Shown here in pieces: positions 48,031-61,444 of a DNA stretch of 64,000 nt (position 1 is the stretch's first letter; every line of letters begins with the position of its first letter). Source of the DNA: Pseudovirgaria hyperparasitica (Eukaryota); NCBI GenBank assembly GCA_010093815.1, contig ML996565.1. The stretch is one strand, 5' to 3'. The notes under the pieces were generated by a model. That model had not been told where the DNA came from, searched no databases, and worked only from the letters and a program-made list of their open reading frames with translations. A program made the position numbers and the translations under genes.

Positions 48031-49931
48031 ATGTAATTCATTGAACAAGTGAGAGCTCGGATTCTAATCACATTCATACCAAGACAGGAAAATCAACAAT
48101 CAAAGACGTCAAAGTTGCAATTAATTCATAGTACAAGATCTCTGTATTTGAATCAAGACGAGAGTGTAATCCATAGATGCAGAAATCAACGGTTCCCTGT
48201 CCTTCCACTTGTTCTCAGTCTATTATAGATCATCTGGCCCTCAGAGAATCTTAGATTATTACCTGCTCTCAAATTCGAACCACATTGTTGACAATGTCCA
48301 AAGGTCTTGCGTAGTAGTCAAATGAGTGTAGTGCCCTGTTCCCAACTGCATAACCCTCAATGTTTTCCCATGGTCCTGCAGAGTTGCCTGCATATCATCG
48401 CCTCTTGTCTTTCAGTATCTTTATGGAAGCAAAGTGTAGTCGACTAGGTAAGGCTCGTAGCCTTCGGACGTCAATGAGTTTTCGAGCGTAGCATAGTGCT
48501 GGGCGCGGTGCTAGACTGCAGGGAAGGTGAGTTTTTAATGACTGCAGTCTCTGGATAGTCCATGACGTGTTTGCTCGGAGCTTACTGATACTGATATACA
48601 TGCATTGGAGGGGCCAATGGTTAGGATGGCATAAGATGATAACTTAATACGACGGCTTATAGACTCATACTATGCCCGTTCGCCTGAAGACTTCGACAAA
48701 GTCCGATCCAACGGTAGCTCGAAATCCGTGAGATACGCGATACGCCTAGCACTCCTTTACGTCCGAGTACCGCTTGAGACATGCTATCGAATATACCCAG
48801 TAGTACCCCTAGCCTCTTAAAGGTTACTCTGAGTTCTAAAAGATCCTTTGAGTGCAGATTACTATCTCGGACACATTCTCTTGCGGGCAGGACCTGAGTA
48901 TATCATAGTTGTTTGTTTCTATCAATGCATCCTCGAGAGTCGAGACTGTAGATTGAAGACTTGTATGTTGGTGGCAGACGACGCTTGGAAGGGCAACACC
49001 GTTCCGTTTACACTTGTGCCACGTCGGTCGATCCGTGACAAACATGCGATCCGTTATATTGTCAAACTGGGTGAAATGCTGTGACTCAGTCTCTTGGTGA
49101 GCGAGCCAGACGAGTTCTGTATTAGGGCTAGCGTCACTTCCATCAGGTCACGTTCTGCGCTAGTCATGTTGATCCGTGCCCGTAAGCGAGATCCACGAAA
49201 ACATATAAAAGCTGGCGACCTCCACCACTTTTTTCTGTTCTTCAGCTCTCTTTGCCTTTTGGTAAGCCACTCCCCTTGGTTGCTATCCACAACCCATCTC
49301 CTCTATATCCGCTGTTGGCTAACACACTTCTACAGGCTTAGATCAAGTGTAGTATCTGTTCTTTTCAGTTTAATCGCTGAAATGTCACTACGGTGACGTT
49401 TACTCGATTTAAACCATTTTTGGACCCAGCTGAGGGACCTCTGGGCTTGCTCATGTCTCTCGGCACCGTGTCGCTTGTACCATTGCACTACCGCAAGCCG
49501 ACGCAACCCTTTTTTCACCGTTGATCGGCCTCAGTGTTGAGCTTCATGGAAGGAAGGCGGCTCTGGGCAGTTGTGAAGCATTCATGATGCACTGGTGTGA
49601 AGTGGTTGAAGTATGAAGTTGGACTGAGAAGAGTGCTTACTGAGGTCTATTGTCATCGGCGTTATATAGATTGTCGAACTACAGTTGTATGGCCGTGATA
49701 TACCACGTCTTTGAACGTATTGGCGAAGTGCTTCACGTATAGTCATACAAGACCCAATGTCCAAATTTTGCTTAATACATCACTCGACATCTGTTCTTAT
49801 TCTCATCTCTCCTTCCTGCAACCAAGTGGAATCTGCTTGCCGTACTGTCAAGTGAAACGCCCGCAGTGTTCTTGGACTCAAATATATCAAAGCAGGCTCG
49901 TCTCCTTTCCTCACCAACCAAGATCTACAAT

Positions 49932-50934
49932 ATGGCTTCACGGATGGTCAACCCCAAGATCTTCGAGGACTTGCAGACCCGCGTGGACCAAGATTCTCAA
50001 ATTCAAAAGGTGAGCTTTATTCTAACTACCCCACCAAAGCCTTTCGAGCTTTGGCCTGACGCATTCCAAACAACAGGACCTGAAAGAAACGGTCTCGACC
50101 TTGGAGAAGCAAGGCAAATCCACTCATGCCATCCTTTCTCGAGCCCACTCGACAATCCCCTCAGAGAGTATGTCACGAGTGCTTTATATCGGCCCGGCAA
50201 AACATCACATAGCTAACGCGTAGAAGTCTTGAGCGTCACCTCTTCCGCCGAAGCTTCGATTCGCAATGAGATTGATACAATTAGCAGACTTGCCGAGTCA
50301 GCTTCGAAGCATCCCTACTACAAGTGGAACAATATCTGGTCAAGACACGTGCAGGATACGATCTTTGGGATCCTCTTCTGCGGGTGGCTAGGCGGGTTTG
50401 ACGGCGTCGATGGAGAGGGGAAGCAGGGCCGGCTTCTTACTATCGAGCAAGTTGGTGCGGCCATGAAAGGTCAGACGGGTGTTGAATGTGTCTCGGAAAG
50501 GAGGATATTAACTCATAGTAGTGCCTGTCAATCTCGAGGACCGCGATGCGTTCCATATTACGATCGAGGAGTACCTGCAAGCTTTGATCTCACTCATCGA
50601 CGAACTAGTATGTCTCTCCAGCCTTCTAGACAGTGTCTCCCAAGTATCACTAACCGTAGCACAGGCACGACTTGCACGAAACTCAGTCACGCTTGGTGAT
50701 AACCTGCTTCCGTTGAAGATAAGCCAGTTCATCAAAGATGTGCATGCCGGCTTCCAGATTCTGAACTTGAAGAATGATAGTCTACGTCGCAGGAGTGACG
50801 GCATTAAATACAGGGTAGGGTTTTGCGGACGGTTCGTTAGATCAGCACTGACAATTACATCTGTCTAGGTCAAGGAAGTTGAAGACGTCGTGTATGACCT
50901 CTCATTGAGAAATCTGGTACCGAATGAGCCGTGA
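49932..50934 (+). CDS. TSN1: Translin (recombination hotspot-binding protein / C3PO subunit)
   Basis: IFEDLQ..VD.D, HPYYKWN..W, FHITIEEYLQALISLIDEL.RLARNSVTLGD, FQILNLKNDSLRRRSD.IKY.VK.VEDVVYDLSLR; several introns. Confidence 0.92.
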
Positions 50935-51284
50935 AGTACCATTTACAATTTCACGAATATTTGAAGCAAAAGGCTTATAGAACGGTGGGGCAACAGAGGC
51001 TTTGAATTGTGATATTGTCGCGGATGGAAAGAGGCCTGGCAGATATCCTGAGTTGATATTGCTGAACCAGCCAAGCGATTTCGATCATGACATAGACATA
51101 TCGAGATCAATCCGAATACATCAATTACCTGTATCCAAGTTGTAGTATAGATGAAACATCTCGCGGAGCTTAAGCACAGACCATCCAAAATCCATCCATC
51201 TTCAATCGCACACCACAACCTCAATCCCATACACTCACTCCACAGCTCGTCAATACACTCTTTCAGTACCTCTCACGCCCAAAG

Positions 51285-52152
51285 ATGAGCACATCATCAA
51301 CAACCACAACCACCAAACCCGCCCTCCCTCAAGACTCCCCCCAACCCACCAACACCCCAATCACCCTCCTCAACACCCCTCTCGCGCAAACATACACTCA
51401 CATCCACCCAATCCTCCTCCTCAGCATCTACACCGCCCGCTTCAGCGCCACCGTCGCCGACCCAGTGTCCAGCCTAAGCCAACTCGCCGTCGTCACGGCC
51501 GTGCTGCAGAGCGTATACGCAGTGACATGCCTCCCGCCGACGAGCGAGGGCAGCGCGACGAAGAACGCAGAGGGGGCATCGAGCGCTAGTAATGGCAGTG
51601 GTGGGAAATGGACGAAGAAGCCTGCGCGCACCGCGACGCGGAAAGGAAGCCTCGGCGCGCGGATCTGGGTACGTGGTCTCCTTTAAACCACCTTGCTACG
51701 TCGGTCTATGCATATGTATACATACATGCTAACAAACCCAAACACAGCCCGCAACCCTCTCCCTCCTCCTCACCCCCCCGCTCGCCCTCCCCCCGCTCAC
51801 CGCCCTCGCAATCCTCCTCGGCGCCCCCCTAACCACGCACTTCCCACACACGCTCCTCCTCAGCCTGCATCTCGCGCTGCTATCCGCCTTTCCCGTGCTC
51901 TACACGCACGGTGTGAGCGCGCGTACGTGGCGCGGGGTGCTGGGGCTTATGAGGCCTGTGGATGAGGTTGTGGGCGGGGCGCTGGGCGCGTTGCTGGGCG
52001 CGTGGCTGGGGTGTGTGCCTGTGCCGTTGGATTGGGATCGCGACTGGCAGGCTTATCCTGTGACGCTTGTGACGGGGGCGTATGTGGGGTATGTTGTTGG
52101 GAAGGTGGCTGGGGGGACGGTGATGAGGGGGTGGGTTGTGTCGTTTGATTAG
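51285..52152 (+). CDS. GPI11: GPI anchor biosynthesis protein PIG-F/Gpi11
   Basis: Multi-TM protein with LLGAP...HT.LL..H and GALLGAWLGCVPVPLDWDRDWQAYPV. Intron at about 51669-51747. Confidence 0.92.
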
Positions 52153-52500
52153 GTTGTTTGGAGGGGGGGTGGAAGTGGTTGGAGAAGGGTTTGGAGGATG
52201 GGCGGTGTTGCATGTATATATCGGGTAGTGATTCGTGGAGTGTATGTAGTTACTAGGGTTGTCGAACGCTGGTCACGTAACCTGACGGCGGAGACGTGCA
52301 AATTGAACGCTCAATCAATGCAATTGATGCTTTTTGGTACTGCACATCCAAAGTGTCGCTACCATGCCAGCTCCAAGCTTCGCGAGAAGCAGACAGACAG
52401 ACAAACAGATGCTTCCGGTACACAGAACAGGTCTCAAATTGCGCCATAAACTCCTCCCTTCCCCCCCTTTATGCATAGATAGGCAGATGATCCGTAGCCC

Positions 52501-53571
52501 TCAGATGTCCTTGTACTGAGCCTTCTTCGTCTTCGTCTTTTGCTTCTTCTCCTTCTTCTCCTCCAAATCGTCCAACGTCACCACTTTCGCCACACCCGGG
52601 ACGTCAAACTCGTCGACTTCCTCGTCGTCGTCTACGCCTTGCATCTCGTCGTCGTTGTCGTCACCGTCATCACCCTCACCCTCACCAGCCGACTCCACCT
52701 CAGTCACCTCCTGCGTCTCGGTACTATAATACCTGCAAATCAAAACGAAAATCAGCCCAACGAACCAACCAGCACAGCAAACAGTAAACGCCGGAAAAAA
52801 AAAGAGTGTACTTACGCCCGAACCCGCACGCGAAACTCCGCCATCGCAACCCCAAAAGTCTTCAACAGCGCCGTCTGATAGCTATTCAGCACCTTGCCGC
52901 GCACACACACCGTATACGGCTCATTCAGCGTAACCCTCCCCTTGACCAGCCGCGTCGGCATGCCCCACTTGCGCAGCATGGGCTCGAGGCTGTGCGGCAG
53001 CGGCACGTCGTCTTCGGGCGCGAGCTCGCCGCCGCGCGAGCAGACGGTGCCGGCGGGAACGGTGAAGGTGTGGGTTGCGCGCACGCCGGCGCGGGCGTAG
53101 TCGGTTTCGGCGTAGGCGGCGAAGTGGGCGAGGACGGCGGCGGGTGGGCGCGAGGTGAGGAGGAGGCCCTTGTCGCCGGTGATGTGTTTTGTCAGGTGGC
53201 GCAGGTTGGGCAGGTGTTCGGTTTCGGGGGTGAGGCCGAGGGCGATGGCCATTACTTTTGTTTTGCCGAAGAAGATGCTGGGTTGGGGGGGATGGGTTAG
53301 GAGGGTTGTTTGTGGGTGAATGAATGAATTGGGGCAGTTTGCGTGTGTGATCATTTTGGGCAAATACATGTAAAACTCACCGGCTGTCAGAGAATTCCGC
53401 GCGCACATCCTTGAGATAGGTGTTTCGCATGTGGTTCACCGAGAAGACGAAGATGTACTTGTACTGGTCTGCAGCCTCCTTGATCTTCTCCGCGAGTTGG
53501 AGGTTCAATTCCTTGCCCTTCTTCTCCGTCTTGGAGAGGTGGACGACCTTTGCGCGCTTTGATTTAGGCAT
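52501..53571 (-). CDS. MRT4: mRNA turnover / 60S assembly factor Mrt4
   Basis: MPKSKRAKVVHLSKTEKKGKE, MRNTYLKDVR, FFGKTKVMAIALG, HSLEPMLRKWGMPTRL, QTALLK.FGV and an acidic tail; two introns. Confidence 0.95.
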
Positions 53572-53899
53572 GTCGAGAGTACCACGGACGACGGTGTTCG
53601 ATGTCTATTCTTGAGAGGTGTAGTCGGCGCAGTCTCTGGTCGTTCGTGCTGCTTCGTAGATGGCGCTCGACTGCTCGAATGCAAAAAGTGTATTTCTCTG
53701 AAAAGTTCACCGCCGACTTACCCACATTATTTTTTGCCGACATGCGGGGAGGTTCCGCAGCGCAAATCTCGGCTCCGTAGTAGTTGAGCCACACCTCGGC
53801 GATCCCATCCATCGCTCGACGAGACAGAGACATCTACAATATAGCTAACCTCTAGAGTCAAGCTTCTGCGCTTCCGCAGTGCCCTCCATCTATCAAGCC

Positions 53900-55222
53900 A
53901 TGCTGGGCTTCATGGACTACATCCAGCGGGCCTTCTACGACGCAACACACTGGAACATCGACAACAGCTACGGCAGCTTGACAGCCACAGCGCAAAGTAC
54001 ATATTCTCGTCCCCAGCTGCTCCGCTCCAGCTCTTCCAAAGGTACTAACATCGCACTCCTCTCCAGATCTGCTGGATTTTGACACACCGCGCGGTCTCCG
54101 CCTCAATGTCTCGTCGCTCGCGTCGCCGCAGATGGGCACAAGCTATGCCGTCGGCACAGTCGGACTAGTCGACGGCAGCATCAGCTATCTATACTCTTCC
54201 CTACCCCTCTCCAAAAGCTCGAAGAGCACCGAGATCCAGCTCGAAGAAGTCATACAGGGCTACAGACACCTGCAAGACCTGCGGACGCCGGACCAGTCGT
54301 GGTGGTGGGAGCGGTGGCAGGGCGGGCGACGGACCGATCGCAAGAGTAGGGCACTCCATCGCAACAACCTCTAGACAGACCAACAGTCCATGCTGAGACT
54401 TTTGCGCAAACAGACACGCTGATGTACGGCCGTATGTTCCTGCCTCGAGGCACCCTCGAAGCCCTCTACCTGCGGCGCATCTCCCCTACGCGCCAGCTCC
54501 GGCTGTCCTGCGTCAGCGATTCCGCACTGAACAATGGGGGGACGGTGCTAGGGCTGGTGCAGAACGACCACGGGAAGTATTGCACGGAGTATCTGTATAG
54601 CACTGATAGTGGGCTCTGCGGCATACGGGGACTATACAACTTCGGCCCAGATCCCCGGATAGCTGCGCAGGATCAAGAGTCGGATGATATGAGGGAGCCC
54701 GTCCATGGGCGTTTCAGCGCAGGCGCGGAGCTCTACTACGGCATCCTGAACAAGAGTGGGGGCGCAAGTTTGGGGCTCAGGTTCACGACTCTGCCTCAGC
54801 ACGCTGGGTTCCCGTACACGATGACTCTAACGCTGAATCCGCTCATGGGGAACTTGTCCTCCACATATGCCGTCAAGGCAGGCAGGAACTTGGCGCTCTG
54901 CTCACGTTTCAACTTTAATTTCTATTCGTACGAGAGCGATTTCCAGCTGGGTTGCGAGCTCTGGAGACGGCAAGTACCGAACGATGCAGATATAGCATGG
55001 GCAAAGAACAAGATCAGACCAGAGTGGATAGATGGCAGTGCTTCGCCAACCGATGACGTCTCCGGGGTGCTGAAAGCGCGAGTTGACCAGGACTGGCGTA
55101 TTGGCCTGCTCTGGGAGGGCCGCTTCAAAGAAATGCTGTTCACGCTGGGTGGGCTTATTGATCTCAAGCGAAGGGAGCGCATTGTCGGAGCGATTGGCGT
55201 GGAGTTCCAGTATTCGAGCTAG
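53900..55222 (+). CDS. MDM10: Mitochondrial distribution and morphology protein 10 (ERMES beta-barrel)
   Basis: [61 protein letters not shown] and C-terminal G.EFQYSS. Confidence 0.95.
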
Positions 55223-57387
55223 AACTTCCAGAAAGGCACCATTACTAACGCTTGTGCGGAGCGGCGAACCAAAGTTTCTAATTAAATGACTAGCCAGCAG
55301 CAGCCATCGGCCATCGAAAACAGTGGCTTTACGATAACCTTCCTTCTTGGCGCACCAGGAGACGTTTGGTGCGTCGAGAACTCCTTGACGTTGCACCACT
55401 CCCTCCGAATCAGAGTGCGCGCGGGGGAGAATTTTCTTGGGATGGGCTATGGGCCGTCACGGCAGATAACTGAGTCACGTTGCGTTAGAAGAGCCGAAAG
55501 CGGAATGGCTCTCCCATGATACTTTGGAGGAGCCAGGGATGGATGGCGAGACGGGCGGTCTGTGCCCAACAAGGAAAGCAAAAGTCAAAACTATATCGAG
55601 ATCTCGAGAGGTGCGGTGCGTTCGGCGATGAAGGAGAAATAGAACAAGATCTTAAACTAGCAGTCCATCGTCCGAGATCTGAAACGTGTAGTAGATTCAG
55701 CATCAGAAGAAATGCATGGCAAGAACGCGATAAAGCAGGCCTTGGAGCGAGTTGTTATCGAGTTATGTTATCAGGTCATGGCAAGAGACGGTGATGTGGA
55801 AAGTGAAGGAATTGCATGAGTGTGTGTCTCTGTGCGTGTGCGTATTGTGAGACTGACGACTGGAGAGAATGTGTGCGTGTGCGGGTGTGCGTGTATCAGA
55901 AAGTCAGCACGGTCACTGACGTATACGTATTTCGATCTCAGAGTGCCGGGTAAATAATGATAATAACCTACGAACGCAGGAGACGAGTGACGGACAGGAA
56001 ATTTGTATGTCTAATGATGATGGTCATGATGAGAGTGATGATGAGTACGGGAGTATTATCAAACGTTAGCGAGCAAGTAGATTAAATGTCTGTACTGCAA
56101 GGCAGACGACATGAAGGATTGACGCTGTTGGCTTGTTGGTGGTTTGTAGACGATGGATGCTGACATGGAGGTGGTGTTAAGGAAGAGGACTCGGACAGTA
56201 GAGATATTTAGTAGACACAGGCAAGGGAGTGGAGTTCAGAGGAGGGTTAAGGTGGAAAAGGTGTAAGGTGTAAAGGCGCAAGGATGGCAGCAGCCAATTA
56301 GAAGCGCGCACTTGCTGCAGCAGTTGGTGTTGGCTTTGGCCGTCTTCGTATTTCAGGCAAGGCGCGTCTGTGTCTGCGTGTGTGTGTGTGTTGACAGCCA
56401 ACAAGCCTGCAAGGCACAGGACGCTGTTTGGTCAGCCCCTGAGCTGCTGCTGTGCTGTGCTGTGCTGACTGGCCTGTTACCATCGTCTCCTGCTTCTCGG
56501 AAGCTTTTTCCTTCGATTTTGGGCCTCCTGCAAACACGGTTGGCCCTGGGTGCCGCAGCTCCACTAGACCAGCATTGAATTCCCGACAGTCGCTCGTGGG
56601 CAGGGGTTCTGTCAGCAGCCGAAGCGCCCACGTTCCTTGATTCCCTGCCTTGAGGCGGCATGGTGCCAGGAGAGAGGGCGAGGGGGCTCTCTCTCTGTAA
56701 GGGAGGGCCGTGTCCATCACACTTCATCTCCAGGAACTTTTTCTTTCGTCGCTTTAACATACAGACGCAGGGGTCGTATCTCTTCTCTGTGTTGAATGTA
56801 GGTAGCCACGTCACAGCTCTATGGAGCATTTTCGCCTTGAACCTTTTTCACCGACAGTCATAGCACGGTAGAGAGTGAGTATGTGTGTGTGTGGTGAATG
56901 CTCGTCATCCCTTGGGTTGGCTTAGGCCGGCGCCAACTTACCGCGACTACCACCCGGTCAGAGAGGATAGGCTGGATCGGGCGTCGTGCAGAAGGATGCC
57001 CTCTCTTGTCACTCACTCATCAGTTGTGCAAGGTCTTAAGAAAGGAACGGCTAGGTTGGTTTTTTGGAAAGGATGGTGGTGGTGTGGCAGGGCACTGAAA
57101 ATGGACGTGTTAATTCACAACTGCACAACCAGAGCGATCGTTTGACTCACCGAACCAGCTTGGCTGCAACGGCGAATTGAATTTAGAGTGGAGACGACAT
57201 AAGCAGGCAGAGGCAGAAAGGGAGTTCGTCGTCAGTCGTCGCGCGCGTGTGCGGTGGTGGGGATGATGGATTTTGGGGTGCATTATGCCTGACTGCTTTG
57301 GTGCTTTTGGTGTGTGCTGCATGGCTGCAGAGTGAGGAGGAAAACGGCACAGACCCTTTCTTGGGGGGAGGGGGCACGCCGGGTGTT

Positions 57388-57423
57388 CCAGTCAGTCCAG
57401 TCAGTCCAGTCGGTCCAGTCCAC
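57388..57423. repeat. Imperfect CCAGT/CAGT tandem repeat upstream of the homeobox gene
   Basis: ccagtcagtccagtcagtccagtcggtccagtccac read directly. Confidence 0.6.
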
Positions 57424-58113
57424 TCCCCCAAAAGTCCACCTGCTAAGCGTTGCCCGTCGCGCGTTTCTGCCCACACTCGGCCGTTCTACTCAGGCGGCGG
57501 CAGCTCAGGAGAGCACCGGCCCTTTTTCCCTTTCTTCGGCTTCTCCTCTCTCTGTGTCGAGTCTCTCTTCTCCAACTACTACTTCACTAAACAACAATCT
57601 CATCCCCGGATATCTGTTCCTGTTCTTCCTATCATCGGAAGTCTCGACAGTCCTCACACTCTCTTCGTCTTTTACTCTTTCTTCTTCTCCCGAAACTAGT
57701 CGTTTCATTCTTTCAACGACTTTTCGACCACCTTCATTTTTTGGCTCTTCAGCTGTCCCTTCATTCAAGAAGCCCTTTTTACTGTGATCTATCTCGTCCA
57801 CCGGCCCACCTCTTTACTGGGTTCAGAACATCGCTACTCGAGCGTCATATCTATATATCTACCATTGCCATCTTTCATACCGGACTACTATCGCCCTGGT
57901 CGTGTTTCTCAGCTCGCTCACGACATCGCACCATACACATTTCACCCTTTCTTGCCAGCCTCGCAAGAATAATCAGGGACGAACAGACGCAGGAACTTCT
58001 GGTATCGAGAATCACGACAGTCTTGAGTGACATAATATTGGTCTCACCATCACCACAGTGCGATCACATCATTGGCTCTGGCTTCATTCAACTCCCCACA
58101 ATACCACTATACG

Positions 58114-59919
58114 ATGCAGGCGCCTGAAGAACTCAGGATGTCAAACACTCCTTCTCCCTCTGCCTCTGGCAGTGTTACCACAAACGGATCCATGGGCGCA
58201 CCCTTATCTGCTGCCTCCGCAGCCCGTCGACCACCACGAAAGAGCACCCTTACCCAACAACAGAAGAACCAGAAGAGGCAAAGGGCTACTCAAGATCAAT
58301 TGATGACCTTGGAGATGGAATTCAACAAGAACCCAACTCCGACTGCTGTTGTGCGTGAGAGAATCGCTGACGACATCAACATGACGGAGCGTTCAGTGCA
58401 AATCTGGTTCCAGAACAGACGGGCCAAGATAAAGAACATTGCCAAGAAGAGCATCGAGAGCGGTGAAGACTGCAACGACATCCCAGACTCGATGCGTCGT
58501 TATCTAGCTCTCCAAGCGATGGAATCTGGCAAAAGCCTTGGTCGTGACTTCATGGGCAGGACTGGTGGAGTTGCTGCTTACGGTAGCGGAATGCTTCTTA
58601 ACAGCGATTCAAGCTCAGCCAAAGTTGTCATACATCATTTCGCCTGCCGATCACTCAGCATCGGGTCATGGCGTCGTGTTGGCCAGAGTGCCATGGACTT
58701 GGTCATCTTCTACTCTCCAGAAAAGTGTTGTGTCACCTACTACATCAACAACGATTCTGCGGGCTACAAAATCGAGTATCCCTTTTCTTACATTAAGAAT
58801 ATCACACTCGAGAATGGAGATGCGGCCAGCAACGCCGAAGGAGCATCACAGCGTCCTGGAGGTCTCGTCGTCGAGTTGAACCGCCCACCAAACTTCTTCA
58901 TGGACTCCTCAGGGTCGGGTGGTTTCTATCAGTGTGGTGACTTTACCGAAGAACAGCAGGCCTCCCAGGTACTTGTTCACCAGCTCGGTGGTCATCCAAA
59001 GGTCCTCAGCGGCCAGCTTGCAAAGCTCGTGTCGCTCGAGTCCTTCCAGAACAGACACAACACCTTCGACCCAACCTCCTTTGCTGTTTCAGCCCCAGTC
59101 TCACCTATCAACCATCGGCCTGCTTCCCAACCAAATCACATTGTGCATCCTCATCATGGTCACGGTCATGGTCAGATGCCGGTGTTTCCTGACAACTCTT
59201 TCGGTCCTTCTCTTGGTCCACCCCGTGGCCATAAACGCCAGCGCAGTCGTTCAGTGCCTATCGCGATTGACTTTGCTGCTCTTCGACACCATCCTATGCC
59301 ATCATTCCTTGTATCGCCCGAACCTACTCCCTACATTCCTAACCCTGAGATCTTTGCTCCGGTCCCTCAACATGGGCACGGGCAAGTGATGCAGGCTCCT
59401 ATCGGTTCACATCTGAGCATCGACACTTCGGCTGGATACGGCATGGACTTCCGACAGTACCCCATGTCGGCTACGACAGCAAATTCACCCTCAGAGTTTG
59501 GCACACCCGCATTCTTCTCTACTGGTCATCAGAACGACGGCATGCCAGCTGCAAACTTCAATATGCAGTACAACATTCCTTTTATGACATCGATGCCAGA
59601 AAATGGCCACATGCTTCATTCAGTGTCACCCATGCCTATGCAGCAACGCGACCCTGTGATTGCCAATCAGTCCCCACCGTTGGCGTCAATGGGACGGAGC
59701 GACTCTGCAGACATGTTCAGCATGTCACAAGATTCCGGTCTCCATGACGAGGCACTGCAGTTGAGTGATATGTATGCAAAGCAGTCGCTCAGCATGCCGC
59801 ATACGCCATACGTGCACACTCCGATGGAAGAGCACATGGATCAATTCGAGATGAATAGTCTGGTGTCATTCGATACTATAGATCCTGCGAGTCTTTCACC
59901 AGACCACACTATGCAATAG
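58114..59919 (+). CDS. Homeobox transcription factor, Pho2/Phx1/RfeB-like, intronless
   Basis: Homeodomain KRQRATQDQL..LE.EF.KNP.PT..VRERIA..INMTERSVQIWFQNRRAKIK, followed by the conserved F.CRSLSIGSWRR...GYKIEYPF...DFTE.QQAS domain and HKRQRSRSVP. Confidence 0.92.
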   Translation: MQAPEELRMSNTPSPSASGSVTTNGSMGAPLSAASAARRPPRKSTLTQQQKNQKRQRATQDQLMTLEMEFNKNPTPTAVVRERIADDINMTERSVQIWFQNRRAKIKNIAKKSIESGEDCNDIPDSMRRYLALQAMESGKSLGRDFMGRTGGVAAYGSGMLLNSDSSSAKVVIHHFACRSLSIGSWRRVGQSAMDLVIFYSPEKCCVTYYINNDSAGYKIEYPFSYIKNITLENGDAASNAEGASQRPGGLVVELNRPPNFFMDSSGSGGFYQCGDFTEEQQASQVLVHQLGGHPKVLSGQLAKLVSLESFQNRHNTFDPTSFAVSAPVSPINHRPASQPNHIVHPHHGHGHGQMPVFPDNSFGPSLGPPRGHKRQRSRSVPIAIDFAALRHHPMPSFLVSPEPTPYIPNPEIFAPVPQHGHGQVMQAPIGSHLSIDTSAGYGMDFRQYPMSATTANSPSEFGTPAFFSTGHQNDGMPAANFNMQYNIPFMTSMPENGHMLHSVSPMPMQQRDPVIANQSPPLASMGRSDSADMFSMSQDSGLHDEALQLSDMYAKQSLSMPHTPYVHTPMEEHMDQFEMNSLVSFDTIDPASLSPDHTMQ

Positions 59920-61394
59920 GAGGGCAAATGGCCACCCACCTCTCTCTCTAACGAAACGAGTCTTTTGACTGATGGGTCTGCAAATCACGAGTCCAAAGAA
60001 GATGATTCCGAACTTGCGCAAAGACTACTGAAGCCGAAGACTCGAAACATTTCCTTTTGGTTTTACCAGCATTTTCCGGCATAAATCCAGCGCTTTCCTA
60101 CTGTTAATTCACGTTATACCTTGGAAATTCAGTTGCGGAACTTAATACGGTCCGACACCTCAACCTCCTCACAAACCTTTGACGCAGACTGAACGAATGG
60201 GTGGGCATGGCGTTTTGACCTTTTTATAATACGGCCGCAGACGGGCAATCAGAGAGAAAGTATCGTCTCTGGCCTTTTGAATCCTTTTCAGCATTTCCAC
60301 TAGTTGCTTCGAGCTGTTGTCACGCGATTTGCGATTGATTCCGAGATTTCCTTTTAACTTTTGGACCCTAGTCCCATTGATCGCTGTATCAGAAGAGTTC
60401 ATTCCGAACCTCGAAAGCGCAACTGTGAGAATGGGAAGTCTAGGCCGCTGTGCGGGGCTGCTACTGTATGTCAATCAGTTGCGTGACAGACGGCGGATGT
60501 TCAGCTGATGATCTTTGTTGGCACGGGTGTGTTTCTTTATTTGTTTTTTTTGGTATCTGGGATGCATGCGCGCAGAGCGCGCATCGCTTCCGTTCCCACA
60601 TATTCCCTTTTGTGTTGTTGATTCTGGAGAGCGGAATTTCTTTTTTTTTCTCATGGAGATGCTCGCAGATATATAGCGACGTGAAGCGATGGTTTTGTCT
60701 CCGTGTCAGATAGGCTTGAGATGCGGCTTGCTGTGTGCATGCATCTTGTTGGTTAGTTAGCAAAAAAGCTGCATTTTGACTACTACCATTGATTGACTCT
60801 GGAGTGTATGTATTGCGTGTGTGTCGAGTGATGTCGTGAATTGATTGGTATTTCGTGTGATGTCCAGATGATTGTGTGTGTGAGATAGATGAGCGGCTTG
60901 GAAGCTGGCGTGCAGAAAAGGTTCGTAAAACAGGCGGGAGAGGAAGAGTGGATATGTATGTATATATATATTAAATGAAGTAATTATAAACAATAAAACA
61001 GAAATCAAGTCCCCCCAAAACAAGCAAGCATTAAAAAGAAGAGAGATTAGCAGATTTGATAGATTGATAGATTGATAGATCAACATTGGACCGACCCAAC
61101 CAAGCCACTTCTTGATTGATTCATTGATAAAACTAGCAGAATCAGAGAGATTAGATTAGGCAATTTCTTTGACGGGGTCGGTCGCTTGTCCTGTCCTTGT
61201 TATTGCAACACATAATTGGATTTGGGATTTGAGTGGAGATTTGAGATTGGGAAGAGAGATTATGTAGAGAGATTGGATGCTTGCTGGGCTGGGGGAATGA
61301 AGGTGGCTGGGTCTGACCAATCAGGGTGGTGGAATGGGTTGTTTTTTTATTAGGAGGAGGATTTGGGGGGACTGTGGGGATGGACCGAGGTGCG

Positions 61395-61444
61395 AGACTG
61401 CAAGACTGCGAGACTGCAAGACTGCAAGAGTACAAGACTGCAAG
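61395..61444. repeat. 8-bp tandem repeat (AGACTGCA-like), about 6 copies
   Basis: gagactgcaagactgcgagactgcaagactgcaagagtacaagactgcaa read directly. Confidence 0.7.
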
